64,000 bases of DNA from Desulfosudaceae bacterium (GTDB lineage Bacteria; Desulfobacterota; Desulfobacteria; Desulfobacterales; Desulfosudaceae). Shown piece after piece: positions 1 to 10,054 of the stretch. Numbering within the stretch: the first letter of the stretch is position 1; each line of letters begins with the position of its first letter. Below the pieces are notes generated by a model. That model searched no databases. It saw only the letters and a program-made list of their open reading frames with translations, and was not told the DNA's origin. The translations under genes were made by a program, and so were the position numbers. The stretch spans positions 2,656,853 to 2,720,852 of the forward strand of contig CAXXDV010000003.1 in the NCBI GenBank assembly GCA_963674745.2, given 5' to 3'.

Positions 1-39
1 GGAACTGAGGTTTAAATACAGGCAGCTTTTTCAATCTGA

Positions 40-441
40 TTACAAGACCTCGGTGAATTCGGCCAGAATGCCCATCAGTGTCCTGGGATGGATAAAGGCC
101 ATGACACCGCCCAGCTCACCCATTATCTGAAGGCCTTTGCTTTCAAAATCAGCCTTTGTTTCACTGAAATTATCCACCTTCAGGGAGATATGATGAATCC
201 CCTGCCCCCGCTCCTTTAAAAACTTGCCCACCGGCCCCAGTCCCGCCTGGGTCGGCTGCATCAGCTCAAAGGCCAGGGTACCGACGCGAACGATAGCCGA
301 TATATGCAGACCAAAATTCAGTTTGCCGTCAGCCGCGCGGGATGTGTCCAGTTCCGCACCAAGTTTTTCCCGGAAAAAAGCGATAGCCTCATCAATATTT
401 TCAACCGCAATACCCACATGGGCCAAACCCTCAATTGCCAT
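40..441 (-). CDS. VOC-family protein, methylmalonyl-CoA epimerase-like
   Basis: HVGIAV, ELMQP, GKFLKERGQGIHHISL, FIHP...E motifs; start placed at MAIEG after a GGAGG-like RBS. Confidence 0.8.
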   Translation of the reverse strand: MAIEGLAHVGIAVENIDEAIAFFREKLGAELDTSRAADGKLNFGLHISAIVRVGTLAFELMQPTQAGLGPVGKFLKERGQGIHHISLKVDNFSETKADFESKGLQIMGELGGVMAFIHPRTLMGILAEFTEVL

Positions 442-494
442 ATCCGCCTCCTGTTTATTTGTTCGTGTGCCTGCTGTTTCATTCTTTGTCCTTT

Positions 495-1874
495 TCATTT
501 CCCGGTTTGCCCGGAGAACACCAGGACTTTAAGACCGGGATAAAACATGTACATCAGGGTATCTTTGACCCATTGTCGATACTGACGGCTACCGGACTTC
601 ATGCCCAGTACCCGGGCATGATAGGCGGAGGCGCCCACACAGTTGAAAACCACGATACCGAATCCATACAGCCACATGCGTGTGCGTTCGTCCTCAGCGG
701 GCAAGGGCAGAAATTCCTGAAAAAGGGCCAACGAATCCAGCAGAAACCGTATCAGAACGTCAAATCCCGGCAAGTCTTCAAACCGGTCGACCTGGGCAAT
801 GTTCTGCATGGCGCCCATCATTACGTCCGGGTTTGAAAAACCGTAATCCATCAGCCGGTCAATCATCTGCCGGGCATTATCGCGCAGAGGGCCGTCTTCC
901 AGTTCACCGATGATCGACCTGATGGCCCGGGTGTGTTCATCCAGCTGTTGCCTGACCACGGCCTCGAACAGTTCGGCCTTGGTGGGAAAATAATGATACA
1001 GCAGGGTAAAATCAAAACCGCCTTCGGTCCCTATCATGCGGATGCTGGTGGCATTATAGGGATACCTGGAAAAGACCCGGCGGGCCACGGCCATGACCCG
1101 CCGCCGGGTGGCTTCCCCCTTGGTTCCGCTGGCTTTGCCCAGCCTAATCTTGCACCCCCCAGATCGCGACCGTCGGGGTTTGCCGGCGGCCGACCGATGC
1201 CGCTCATCACCATCCCTGCCATTCTGTCCGACGTCCTTGCTTGAGAACACCAGTCGCTTGATAACCGGGTATAACAAAAACACAAACAGGCCTTTGACCC
1301 ATTTACGATATGCCAGCCCCTGCGGATCCATGTCCAGGATCTTTCCGAAAAAACGGGATGCCCCGACACAATTGGCCAGGATAACACTGGAGCAGAAAAA
1401 TACCCGGTTGACCTCATCCTTGGGTGCACTGAAGAAATCACTGGCCGAAAAAAGGGCCAGGGTATTCTCATGAAACGCCCTTAAATAGCGCATACCGGGA
1501 AAAGCGCCCTTAACATGGCCCACCGCCCCCACATTCAGCATCATCACGTAAAAGGCATCCGGATGATCAAAGGCAAAATCCACAAACCGGTCGACCAGGA
1601 TCTCCGTATTTCGCAACAGGGGACCGTCCAGCCCCTGGAGCAGGCCATCGGCCACACTGGTATACTGAACGATCAGGTCTTTTGATACCGCTTCGAACAG
1701 GTTGGCCTTGGACCTGAAATGGTAACGAATATAGGAATGGTTGAAACCGCCTTCCCGGCCGATGGTCCGGGTTCCGGCAGCGCCATAGGGATACCGGGTA
1801 AACACCTTGCTGGCGGCTTCGATAATCCGAAGGCGGGTGATCTCGTTCTTGGCTGTGCGTCTGGTTGCTTTCAC
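495..1874 (-). CDS. TetR/AcrR-family regulator with two tandem TetR modules
   Basis: Two repeats of TR.R...A..VF.RYPY.A...R.IG.EGGF.....YHF/YF..KA.LFEAV joined by a basic linker. Confidence 0.85.
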   Translation of the reverse strand: MKATRRTAKNEITRLRIIEAASKVFTRYPYGAAGTRTIGREGGFNHSYIRYHFRSKANLFEAVSKDLIVQYTSVADGLLQGLDGPLLRNTEILVDRFVDFAFDHPDAFYVMMLNVGAVGHVKGAFPGMRYLRAFHENTLALFSASDFFSAPKDEVNRVFFCSSVILANCVGASRFFGKILDMDPQGLAYRKWVKGLFVFLLYPVIKRLVFSSKDVGQNGRDGDERHRSAAGKPRRSRSGGCKIRLGKASGTKGEATRRRVMAVARRVFSRYPYNATSIRMIGTEGGFDFTLLYHYFPTKAELFEAVVRQQLDEHTRAIRSIIGELEDGPLRDNARQMIDRLMDYGFSNPDVMMGAMQNIAQVDRFEDLPGFDVLIRFLLDSLALFQEFLPLPAEDERTRMWLYGFGIVVFNCVGASAYHARVLGMKSGSRQYRQWVKDTLMYMFYPGLKVLVFSGQTGK

Positions 1875-1889
1875 AGAATCAATTTTTTC

Positions 1890-1940
1890 TTGACAACAAA
1901 ATTTTTATCCGATAGTTGAAATTCATCCAATCGTTGAAAT
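1890..1940. promoter_or_regulatory. Divergent promoter with two tandem 18-bp operator-like boxes
   Basis: TTGACA at 1890-1895, then TTATCCGATAGTTGAAAT (1905-1922) and TCATCCAATCGTTGAAAT (1923-1940). Confidence 0.5.
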
Positions 1941-1998
1941 TTTTATCGGTATCTGGCAACACTTGTCAAGAACAATATGCTCACATCAGGAGTCCGAT

Positions 1999-3090
1999 AT
2001 GGATTTTTCATTGTCCCGCCAGCAGAAAATGGTCAAAGACGAATTTGCCCGGCTTGTCAAAGAAGTCGTTATACCCCGGGCCCAGGAGAATGACAGAAAC
2101 GGCTGCATCCCGGATGACGCCCTTCAAAAGGTCTGGGAACTCGGCGTCTCCGTGTCCATGATACCGGAAGAATTCGGGGGATACGGCAGCCCGGCTTCAG
2201 CAGTGGAAAGCGCCATTATCTTAGAGGAACTGGCCTATGGTGAAATGGCCTTTGCCATGGCGGCCACCGCCCCTTCCCTGTTTCTTCATCCGATTGCCGA
2301 AATGGGCACCGAAAAACAAAAGAAAAAATATCTTCCCCTGTATTGCCGGGATACCTTCAAGTCCTGCACCATGGCCGTCAATGAACCGCATTACGGTTTT
2401 GATGCCGTGGCGCTGAAAACCGCCGCCGCGAAAAAAAATGGCGCATTTGTTCTCAATGGTGACAAATGCTTTGTTCCCCTGGCGGCAAAATCAGATCACA
2501 TGCTGGTGGCTGCCGAACTGGACGGGAAAAACGCGTTGTTTATTATCAGCAACGACAACCCGGGCCTGGTCATCGACGAAAAAGAGACCAACCTGGGCTA
2601 TTATTCGCTGGAAACCCACGAGTTAAAACTGAACAACTGCGAAATCCCGGCCGAAGACCGTCTGGGCGAAGCGGGTGGGTGCAATTTTGACCGGATTCTG
2701 CAGCAATGCCGTGTGGCCATGTCGGCCATGGCCACGGGCCTGGCCCGGGCCGCGTTTGACCATGCCCGGGATTACGCCAAAAACCGGCATCAGTTCGGCG
2801 AACCCATTGCCTGCCGCCAATCAATCGCCTTTATGATCGCCGAAATGGCCTATGAAGTCGAGGCCATGCGGCATCTGACCTGGAAGGCGGCCTCCCGCCT
2901 TGACGCCGGTCGGGACGCCCGTCGAGAGGCCTACCTGGCCAGGCTTTACGCCGGGGAAAAGGCCATGCGCATTACGGACTTCGGGCTCCAGATTTACGGC
3001 GGCCACGGTTATATCCGGGAATACCCCATGGAACGGTTTTACCGGGATGCCCGGGGAGTGGCCATTTTAGAAGGCATGGCCACAGTTTAA
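1999..3090 (+). CDS. Acyl-CoA dehydrogenase
   Basis: PEEFGG, LNGDKCFV, RHQFGEPI, QIYGGHGY, ILEG; start at MDFSLS. Confidence 0.93.
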   Translation: MDFSLSRQQKMVKDEFARLVKEVVIPRAQENDRNGCIPDDALQKVWELGVSVSMIPEEFGGYGSPASAVESAIILEELAYGEMAFAMAATAPSLFLHPIAEMGTEKQKKKYLPLYCRDTFKSCTMAVNEPHYGFDAVALKTAAAKKNGAFVLNGDKCFVPLAAKSDHMLVAAELDGKNALFIISNDNPGLVIDEKETNLGYYSLETHELKLNNCEIPAEDRLGEAGGCNFDRILQQCRVAMSAMATGLARAAFDHARDYAKNRHQFGEPIACRQSIAFMIAEMAYEVEAMRHLTWKAASRLDAGRDARREAYLARLYAGEKAMRITDFGLQIYGGHGYIREYPMERFYRDARGVAILEGMATV

Positions 3091-3179
3091 CCCGAAAAGC
3101 TTATGAAATGTCCGGTATGGCCCGAATATTTCATGGTTTTTTCGACACGGATCAACAGTTTCGTTTTATGGAGGATGGT

Positions 3180-4370
3180 ATGATAAACCTGGAATTCACC
3201 GACAGCATGATTAAAATGCAGGAAGGCGTCAAAATGGTCGCCCGGAACATGCTGCGCCCCATTGCCCGCAAATACGATCAGCAGGAACATGTTTATCCCA
3301 AAGAACTGGATGTTTTCCGGGGTGCCCCGCTTTTTTCCCGCGCCAGAAAGAAAAAAGACAGCGACAAAAAAACCAGGCCCGAAGCCGGCAAGACCGGCCC
3401 CAACCTGGGTCAGATCATCAGCGTCGAAGCCATGTGCTGGGGCGACTGCGGATTGCTGATGTCCATCCCCAATGCCGGTGTGGGCAATGCCGCCCTGGTG
3501 GCCGTAGGTACGGACGAACAGGTGAAAAAATTCGGCGGCAAATGGATCGCCTTTGCCAATACCGAGCCGGAAGCCGGCTCTGACGCCGGAGCGATCAACA
3601 CCACGGCCGAACGGGACGGTGATCAATGGGTCATCAACGGTGAAAAAATCTTTGTCACCTGCGCCGACCGCTGCGATGCGGTAGTCGTCTGGGCCACGAT
3701 CGATAAAAGCGCCGGTAAAGCCGGCATAAAGCCCTTTCTGGTGGAAAAAGGCACGCCGGGTATGACGCTTGAGCACCTGGAATCCAAATGCGGTCTGCGG
3801 GCATCGGACACCGGTACGTTTGTGTTTAAAGACTGCCGCATCCCCAAAGAAGATATCCTGGGCAGCGCCGAAATCGATCAGAGCGGTCAAGGTTTCAAGG
3901 GCGTCATGAAGACCTTTGACATGACCCGCCCCATGGTGGCTTCCATGGCCAACGGGCTGGCCGGTGCCGCCCTGGACATGACCCGGGAAGTCATGGAAAA
4001 AAATGGTGGGAACCTGGATTACGGTAAAGCACCCAACCGGGTCAGCGCAGCCGAAAAAGAGTACTATCTTATGGAAGCCGAACTGGAAGCCATGAAAATG
4101 CTGGCCTACAAGGCGGCCTGGATGGCGGACAACGACCAGCCGAACAGCCTGGAAGCATCCATGGCCAAGGCCAAATCCGGTCGGTGTGCCACCCTCATCG
4201 CCCAGAAGTGCTGCGAGCTTTTAGGGCCTTTGGGACTGACCACAAGGGAACTGGCCGAAAAATGGATGCGGGACGTAAAGATCATGGATATTTTTGAAGG
4301 GACCGGTCAGATCCAGCACCTGATCGTGGCCCGAAACATCTTAAAACTGTCCAGCAAAGAATTGAAGTAG
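3180..4370 (+). CDS. Acyl-CoA dehydrogenase
   Basis: TEPEAGSD, WVINGEKIFVT, GLRASDT, DIFEGTGQIQ; start at MINLEF. Confidence 0.93.
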   Translation: MINLEFTDSMIKMQEGVKMVARNMLRPIARKYDQQEHVYPKELDVFRGAPLFSRARKKKDSDKKTRPEAGKTGPNLGQIISVEAMCWGDCGLLMSIPNAGVGNAALVAVGTDEQVKKFGGKWIAFANTEPEAGSDAGAINTTAERDGDQWVINGEKIFVTCADRCDAVVVWATIDKSAGKAGIKPFLVEKGTPGMTLEHLESKCGLRASDTGTFVFKDCRIPKEDILGSAEIDQSGQGFKGVMKTFDMTRPMVASMANGLAGAALDMTREVMEKNGGNLDYGKAPNRVSAAEKEYYLMEAELEAMKMLAYKAAWMADNDQPNSLEASMAKAKSGRCATLIAQKCCELLGPLGLTTRELAEKWMRDVKIMDIFEGTGQIQHLIVARNILKLSSKELK

Positions 4371-4379
4371 GGAGGCAAC

Positions 4380-4577
4380 ATGAAAGCGCTCAAAACAAAA
4401 ATTTTTACTTACTATACCGCCAACATCAGTCCGCCCAATGAACTGCAAATCAATCAATGGCTGGCCGACAATCCGGACATTGAAATCGTCGACATGCTGC
4501 AGTCCGAATCCATGGCCTCACGCACCGGGCAGCTGGAACGAAACCTGAGCATTACCATCCTTTACCGCGAGCCCTGA
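4380..4577 (+). CDS. Small hypothetical protein
   Basis: GGAGG RBS; tightly packed in the operon. Confidence 0.6.
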   Translation: MKALKTKIFTYYTANISPPNELQINQWLADNPDIEIVDMLQSESMASRTGQLERNLSITILYREP

Positions 4578-4587
4578 AGGAAACATC

Positions 4588-5625
4588 ATGACATACCAAT
4601 ACCTGAAGACGCGACAGGTCAACCAGACCATCTGGGTGGAAATACACAATCCGCCGGTCAACTTCATTATCACCGACATGCTGGCGGAAATGCATGACCT
4701 GATCAAAAAAGTCAGCAAGGACGACACCATCCGGGTTTTTATCCTGACCGGGGGGCGTGAGGATTCCTACATCATGCATTTCTCCATTCACGAACTAATG
4801 ATGCTGACCACCCATCTCAAGCGTTTGCTCCTGCATCTCATGGTCCGGTACCGGCCCACCAGCGCCCTGCTGAAATACTACATAACCTTTACCAACTGGC
4901 TCATGGACCTGTTCCCCTGGTATGAAACCCTGATGCTCAAACAGGCAAAAACCATTCGCGGTTACTCGTCGGGTATGTTTCTGTGGTTTCAGATGACGCG
5001 GACTTATCTGGCCATCGAGCGCATGAACAAGGTCACCATTGCCGCCATCAACGGCTCCTGTAACGGCGGGGGAACGGAAATGGCGGCCTGCTTTGATTTC
5101 CGGTTCATGGTCGGAGACCAGGGATTCACCATCGGCCAGCCCGAGGTGCTGGTCAATATCGTGCCCGGCGGCGGCGGTACCCAGCGCCTGCCACGGCTGA
5201 TGGGCCGGGCCAGGGCCCTTGAACTGATGCTGCGCGGATGTCAGTGGACACCGCAGGAGGCCAGGCAGGCAGGCCTGCTGAGCGACGTGTTTGACAAGGC
5301 GGAATTTACCCAAAAGGTCCAGGCTTTCGCCGACCTGATGAGCAAGCGACCGCCGGTGGCCATTGACGCCATCAAAAAATCCGTGGTCCAGGGCGAAAGC
5401 GCCTCGCTCAGCCACGGCCTGAGCATTGAGCTGGAGCAAAGCGTGCGATGTTTCGACACCAAAGATACGGCCATGGCCCTGCGGAACTACCTCAGGTACA
5501 TCGAAGAAAATATCAATACCCTGGACTACGAGAAGGCCACCACAGAAGATATTGTGAACCTGCTGCACACCACCCTGGAGATAATGGAAAACGCCAAAAT
5601 ATTTGACCGTTTTGAGGGGAAATAA
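4588..5625 (+). CDS. Enoyl-CoA hydratase/isomerase family protein
   Basis: NPPVN, IAAING..GGG.E, GQPEV...VPGGGGTQRLPRL. Confidence 0.9.
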   Translation: MTYQYLKTRQVNQTIWVEIHNPPVNFIITDMLAEMHDLIKKVSKDDTIRVFILTGGREDSYIMHFSIHELMMLTTHLKRLLLHLMVRYRPTSALLKYYITFTNWLMDLFPWYETLMLKQAKTIRGYSSGMFLWFQMTRTYLAIERMNKVTIAAINGSCNGGGTEMAACFDFRFMVGDQGFTIGQPEVLVNIVPGGGGTQRLPRLMGRARALELMLRGCQWTPQEARQAGLLSDVFDKAEFTQKVQAFADLMSKRPPVAIDAIKKSVVQGESASLSHGLSIELEQSVRCFDTKDTAMALRNYLRYIEENINTLDYEKATTEDIVNLLHTTLEIMENAKIFDRFEGK

Positions 5626-5653
5626 GGTCAGACAGGAATCAAAGGAAGCCATC

Positions 5654-6268
5654 ATGATTTACCTGGATACCCTGTTACAGGCAGACAATTTCAGGCGTAC
5701 TGTTGATGAATTAGCCTCAGACTTTCGAGAAAAGTACAACCTGGGTCCCATCAACCAGCTGGGACTGGTGGTTCCGGAAGTGGAAACGGCGGCCGGGCAA
5801 TTGGAGAAAAGGGGCATCGGCCCTTTCCTTATCCTGTCCGGCAGCCTGGCGCGATGGGACGAACAGGGCAAACCGGGGCATTTCCGGGGAAAACTCGGTC
5901 TTGCCAGACACCAGGGAGTGGACCTGGAGTTGCTTGAACCCGGAGAGGGATCCGATTTTTATCGTCAGGATGTTGATCCCGAAGACCGCATCGTTGTCCA
6001 GCACCTGGGCTTTCTTGTCAGGGATGTTGATAAGCAGATGAAAACGATGAATGATGACGGGCATCCCACCCGGGTCAGGGGTAAAATTAAAAACGGCCCG
6101 CTTTCTGTTGAATTCGCCTATATGGACACGGTTTCAACGGCCGGCCTTATCATCGAGCTGATCAGCTTCCGTCTTCTGGGTGTGGGTGTTAAACCCTTTG
6201 GCCCGATTTATCATTTTATGGGAAGGCTTGAAAAACGTTGCGGTATCCGTTGCATCAATATGCCCTGA
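5654..6268 (+). CDS. VOC (glyoxalase-like) family protein
   Basis: QLGLVV, ELLEP, QHLGFLV, FAYMDT...IIELI. Confidence 0.75.
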   Translation: MIYLDTLLQADNFRRTVDELASDFREKYNLGPINQLGLVVPEVETAAGQLEKRGIGPFLILSGSLARWDEQGKPGHFRGKLGLARHQGVDLELLEPGEGSDFYRQDVDPEDRIVVQHLGFLVRDVDKQMKTMNDDGHPTRVRGKIKNGPLSVEFAYMDTVSTAGLIIELISFRLLGVGVKPFGPIYHFMGRLEKRCGIRCINMP

Positions 6269-6382
6269 CCATTGCATGACACAAAAACCTGTTGACAGAC
6301 AGAATTAAAAATATTAAATTATTCATAAAAACAGGTTCTTATATCACCATCGAACCGTAAACAGAAACAAAAAGGCCTTGTT

Positions 6383-6574
6383 ATGAAACTTTTCTTAAAA
6401 CTACTGATATTGCTGGCGATATTGACGTTTTTAAACGGCTGTGTCCTGACAAAGCTGATTACGGTTCCCTTGCGATTAACCGGGGCAGTCGTATCCATCG
6501 TGCCGATTGCCGGCAATACCGCCCATGATGCCATTGACAAGGCGGCGGAAATTGTAGACGACATCCCGATCTAA
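6383..6574 (+). CDS. Small lipoprotein
   Basis: Signal peptide with lipobox LNGC. Confidence 0.65.
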   Translation: MKLFLKLLILLAILTFLNGCVLTKLITVPLRLTGAVVSIVPIAGNTAHDAIDKAAEIVDDIPI

Positions 6575-6604
6575 GAACCTTTGGGCTTTGATTGTTGGGT
6601 AATG

Positions 6605-9600
6605 TCACGATTTTATATACTCAAGGACAGGCCCAAACACATCCAGGGCGATTCGTTGAGACTTCTCGTCATTCAGTATGGTCTCGTCAAAACACCGGCT
6701 GATATGAACATCCTCGCCTTCTCCGGTGTGCCATTTACCCGGTCGCCACTGGCCAGCGGCTGTTGATTTTGCCTTATCCAGGGGCTTGCCGGCGGCAATG
6801 CTTTCCGCCAGGGCATATGACGTCTCCGGGAAAAAGCATACCGGTTCACTCAGCCCTTTGAAAAAAAGGTCTGCCAGCTCTGCCAGGTATGACCGTGCCA
6901 CTTCTTCTGCCATTTCCGAGAATTCGATCACATCATCGGAGCCGACCAGACGGGTTATCCGGGCCGGCCGGTCTTTTCCCGTTGCATTCAACGCCAGATG
7001 ATAGATCCAGGCGTTCAGAATATCCATGGCTTTGATTTTAGCACACCGGTAAAAGATCTGCCCGCCGGCATAAAGACTGTTCAGGGTCCCGCTGATGTTT
7101 GTGTTTCGGGCATCGTTCAACCGGCATTCGATATGTTCCGGTTCAGCCGGACCGCCTTCCAGAAACGGAGATATCTTTTCCATAAACACCCGCACCGACT
7201 GTTCGCATTTCGTCCAGGCGACTTCCCCCAGGCTGCCGTGCGGCAGTCTGCCCGAAGCCATTACGAGGTCAAATGCCGATTCCGTTTTCCCGCCGCGAAC
7301 AAGTGTTTCGATCATGTCCTGCTTGATCATATAGGCCTGCAACGCATCCAGATCAAAAGGCTCCCTGTCGTCAACGCGCCCATCTGCTTCTGCCGCGAGG
7401 TTCAGGTTGAGACGGTTTTTCATGATAAAAGCAGCGGGGTTTTTAAAGAAGACCGCCAGGAGGTCAAGGGTAAGCGGCTGCCACATGCCGGCCGGTGGAT
7501 CCGGTAACGGCTGATCAAAAAGACACGGTGGCGTAACTTTTGCTTCAAGGTTACGGCAGGCGGCGGCGCAATTTTCTTCCGAATAGCTGGAGAATCGACC
7601 GCTGTTTTGGAAATACCGGGCGGAAAACGGCTGCAGGGGATGACGGTTGATCACCTGTTGCAATACATGGTTGCCGTCTTCGGTGATAAACCGCTGCGAC
7701 AGGTATTCCAAAAGCTCACTGACCGCTGAAGCGGGCGGCAGGGAGCTGTTCTCCCGAATATCCTGCCCGATATAACTGATGATCAGGGCTTTTCTGGCGG
7801 ACAAAAGGCTTTCTAAAAACAGATAACGGTCTTCGAACATCTTGGAAAAATCACAGGGGCGGCGTCTTTTTTCCAGCAGGTCGAATCCGGGGCGGCGACC
7901 GGCCCTGGGGAAAGCCCCGTCATTCATGCCCAGCATGCCGACCACTTTAAAGGGTATGCTCCGCATGGGCAGAAGGGTACAGAACGTCACCCCATTACTG
8001 ATAAACCCGGTTGTCCGGGACGTTCCGGCCAATCGCGCTTCCAGATAATCACGCATGACATCCAGCGACACCGGGTCTTCGTATCCGGTTGTTTCCCGGA
8101 TGCCGGACAACCCGTCGTCCAGAACCGTGCGGCGGATTTCCAGAATATCGTTTGCCGCGGCGTCATTATCAGCCAGAAAAAACCCGGTCAGGATATCGTT
8201 CAGTACCATTATCCATTCCGGAACCGTTTTCGGGGCTTTCAATGACCGGCAGCGGTCAAAAAGCGTTCGGGCGAAGTGCGCCACTTTTCCCAGAACCAGA
8301 GTGTTTTCCGCTTCAAATTGTCCCCAGGGTAAAATACCGCCAAACATTTGTTCGTCCGGTGTCGGGAAAAGGGCATGCCCCAGAAGCATGCGGTCCAACC
8401 CGAAAGCCCAGGTATGCTCTTCAAAACCGGGCAATCCCAGGCCGCCCCGGTATTGACCGTCTATACCCCAGCGGATACCGACCGCCACCACCCAGTCTTT
8501 GACTCGATCAAGGTCGTGTTCATTAAGACCGAATCGATTGCGAACCGCCGGTTTGTCAAGCAGATCCAGAACATCAGGGGCACGATAGCGGTTACGATCC
8601 ATGGAAAGGATGCTCAGCATCGCATCGGCAACATTGTTGGCCTGCCTGACGGTGGCATCCGCAATGGAATAGGCGATCCGCTTTGCCGGGCTTTCCGGGT
8701 TGTCGAACACCGCCTGAATCAGCGGCGCGTAGGCTGAGACATCCGGCATCATGACGACGATATCCCGGGGCTGAACGTCCGGATAAATTTCCATGGTCCT
8801 CAGCAACGTGTCATACAACACTTCCACTTCCCGGATCAGGCTATGGCAGGCATTGACCTGGATACTGGTATCGTTCGATAAAACCGGCTGCGGCTTTTCT
8901 AAACCCGTATCCACCAGGTTCAATATATCCGATTGGATGGTCGTCAACATATCACCGCATCCCGGGTCCTCAAACAGGTCCTCGCCGATATCGCCCACCC
9001 GGCCGAGCAGCAGGCTGAAAAACTCCCGTCCGGCGGTTCCCATCGAGGCCAGCAACCGGTTGCCTTCTTCCATATAGGCCGCCTCTTCGGGCACACCGTC
9101 GACGGTAAACCGTGCCAGTTCTTTCTGGCTGTAGACATATTCCCAGTATTGACGGCAGGGATTCATGTAATACAGATCCATATCCGCCTGTCGCGCCATC
9201 CGGATAAACACATCGACATAATAGGGTGCCAGGGTAGATATACCAAAAACAGATATCCTTGACGGCAGGCCGGGCAGAGGATCCGGTGATTGCATCAACC
9301 GCTGCTTTAACGCGGCCGGATCAAGGGCGCGCGTTTCCTCCGGACAGTTCTCAAGCAGGCGTCTCCACAGGATGGCCTGCCATCGGGCAGCTTCGTCTGT
9401 AAGCGGATTTTCGCCCCGGCTCCAGGCGAGGATGACATCCGGCCGCAACAGGGCATACCTGGCCAGTGTTTCGGCGATCTGCCGGCCCAGCTGAAAAAGC
9501 TTCAAGCCCGAGGGATCACTTTCAAGATAATGGCTGAGGCTGCTGAAGGAGCGTTCATCAAGAAGGCCCGGCAAAACCTTCATGACAGACCAGGTCAATG

Positions 9601-9871
9601 CTTCCGTAGAAAAATAAGCCGTGCTTTGGGCGTTTAAAGCGTCTTTGAAAACCTTATGTACCAGGGTCTTGGGGAACATAAAGGCGACATTGGCAAAAAT
9701 ACCATGGGTATCTGCCAATTGAAGGCTCAACCATTTCTGCATGCCATCGCTCTGGACGACGATCAGTTCCTGCTGCAGCGGCGGCAGGGGCCGATCTTTC
9801 ATCCGCCCGGCCAATGCCTCTTTTAAATGTTCCAGTCGGTTGCTGGTAAATAAATGTAACCCCGCCATCAA
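6605..9871 (-). CDS. recC: Exodeoxyribonuclease V gamma subunit
   Basis: SNRLEHL, VQSDGMQKWL, NPCRQYW, REVEVLYD, FCTLLPMRSIPFKVV, HPLQPFS. Confidence 0.95.
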   Translation of the reverse strand: MMAGLHLFTSNRLEHLKEALAGRMKDRPLPPLQQELIVVQSDGMQKWLSLQLADTHGIFANVAFMFPKTLVHKVFKDALNAQSTAYFSTEALTWSVMKVLPGLLDERSFSSLSHYLESDPSGLKLFQLGRQIAETLARYALLRPDVILAWSRGENPLTDEAARWQAILWRRLLENCPEETRALDPAALKQRLMQSPDPLPGLPSRISVFGISTLAPYYVDVFIRMARQADMDLYYMNPCRQYWEYVYSQKELARFTVDGVPEEAAYMEEGNRLLASMGTAGREFFSLLLGRVGDIGEDLFEDPGCGDMLTTIQSDILNLVDTGLEKPQPVLSNDTSIQVNACHSLIREVEVLYDTLLRTMEIYPDVQPRDIVVMMPDVSAYAPLIQAVFDNPESPAKRIAYSIADATVRQANNVADAMLSILSMDRNRYRAPDVLDLLDKPAVRNRFGLNEHDLDRVKDWVVAVGIRWGIDGQYRGGLGLPGFEEHTWAFGLDRMLLGHALFPTPDEQMFGGILPWGQFEAENTLVLGKVAHFARTLFDRCRSLKAPKTVPEWIMVLNDILTGFFLADNDAAANDILEIRRTVLDDGLSGIRETTGYEDPVSLDVMRDYLEARLAGTSRTTGFISNGVTFCTLLPMRSIPFKVVGMLGMNDGAFPRAGRRPGFDLLEKRRRPCDFSKMFEDRYLFLESLLSARKALIISYIGQDIRENSSLPPASAVSELLEYLSQRFITEDGNHVLQQVINRHPLQPFSARYFQNSGRFSSYSEENCAAACRNLEAKVTPPCLFDQPLPDPPAGMWQPLTLDLLAVFFKNPAAFIMKNRLNLNLAAEADGRVDDREPFDLDALQAYMIKQDMIETLVRGGKTESAFDLVMASGRLPHGSLGEVAWTKCEQSVRVFMEKISPFLEGGPAEPEHIECRLNDARNTNISGTLNSLYAGGQIFYRCAKIKAMDILNAWIYHLALNATGKDRPARITRLVGSDDVIEFSEMAEEVARSYLAELADLFFKGLSEPVCFFPETSYALAESIAAGKPLDKAKSTAAGQWRPGKWHTGEGEDVHISRCFDETILNDEKSQRIALDVFGPVLEYIKS

Positions 9872-10054
9872 GCCCTTCCCCGGAATAGCCGAATGCGTCC
9901 CGGTGAGGCATCAAACGCCCGCTTTTGATTTCCGTTAACCAATGGTCGTTTTCGTCCTTAACCCGGACATTTCACCCTTCGGGCGTGTCACCCTGAAGGT
10001 TTCTGCTGTGTTGCAGGCCGCTCACGGATGCTGCATACCTCTTTTCAAAAAATG

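Noticed and set aside
3087..5655. Long antisense ORFs (3087-3890, 4795-5655; also 17783-18430, 30636-31259, 35367-36098)
   Set aside because: Shadows of well-supported genes on the opposite strand, with no recognisable motifs.
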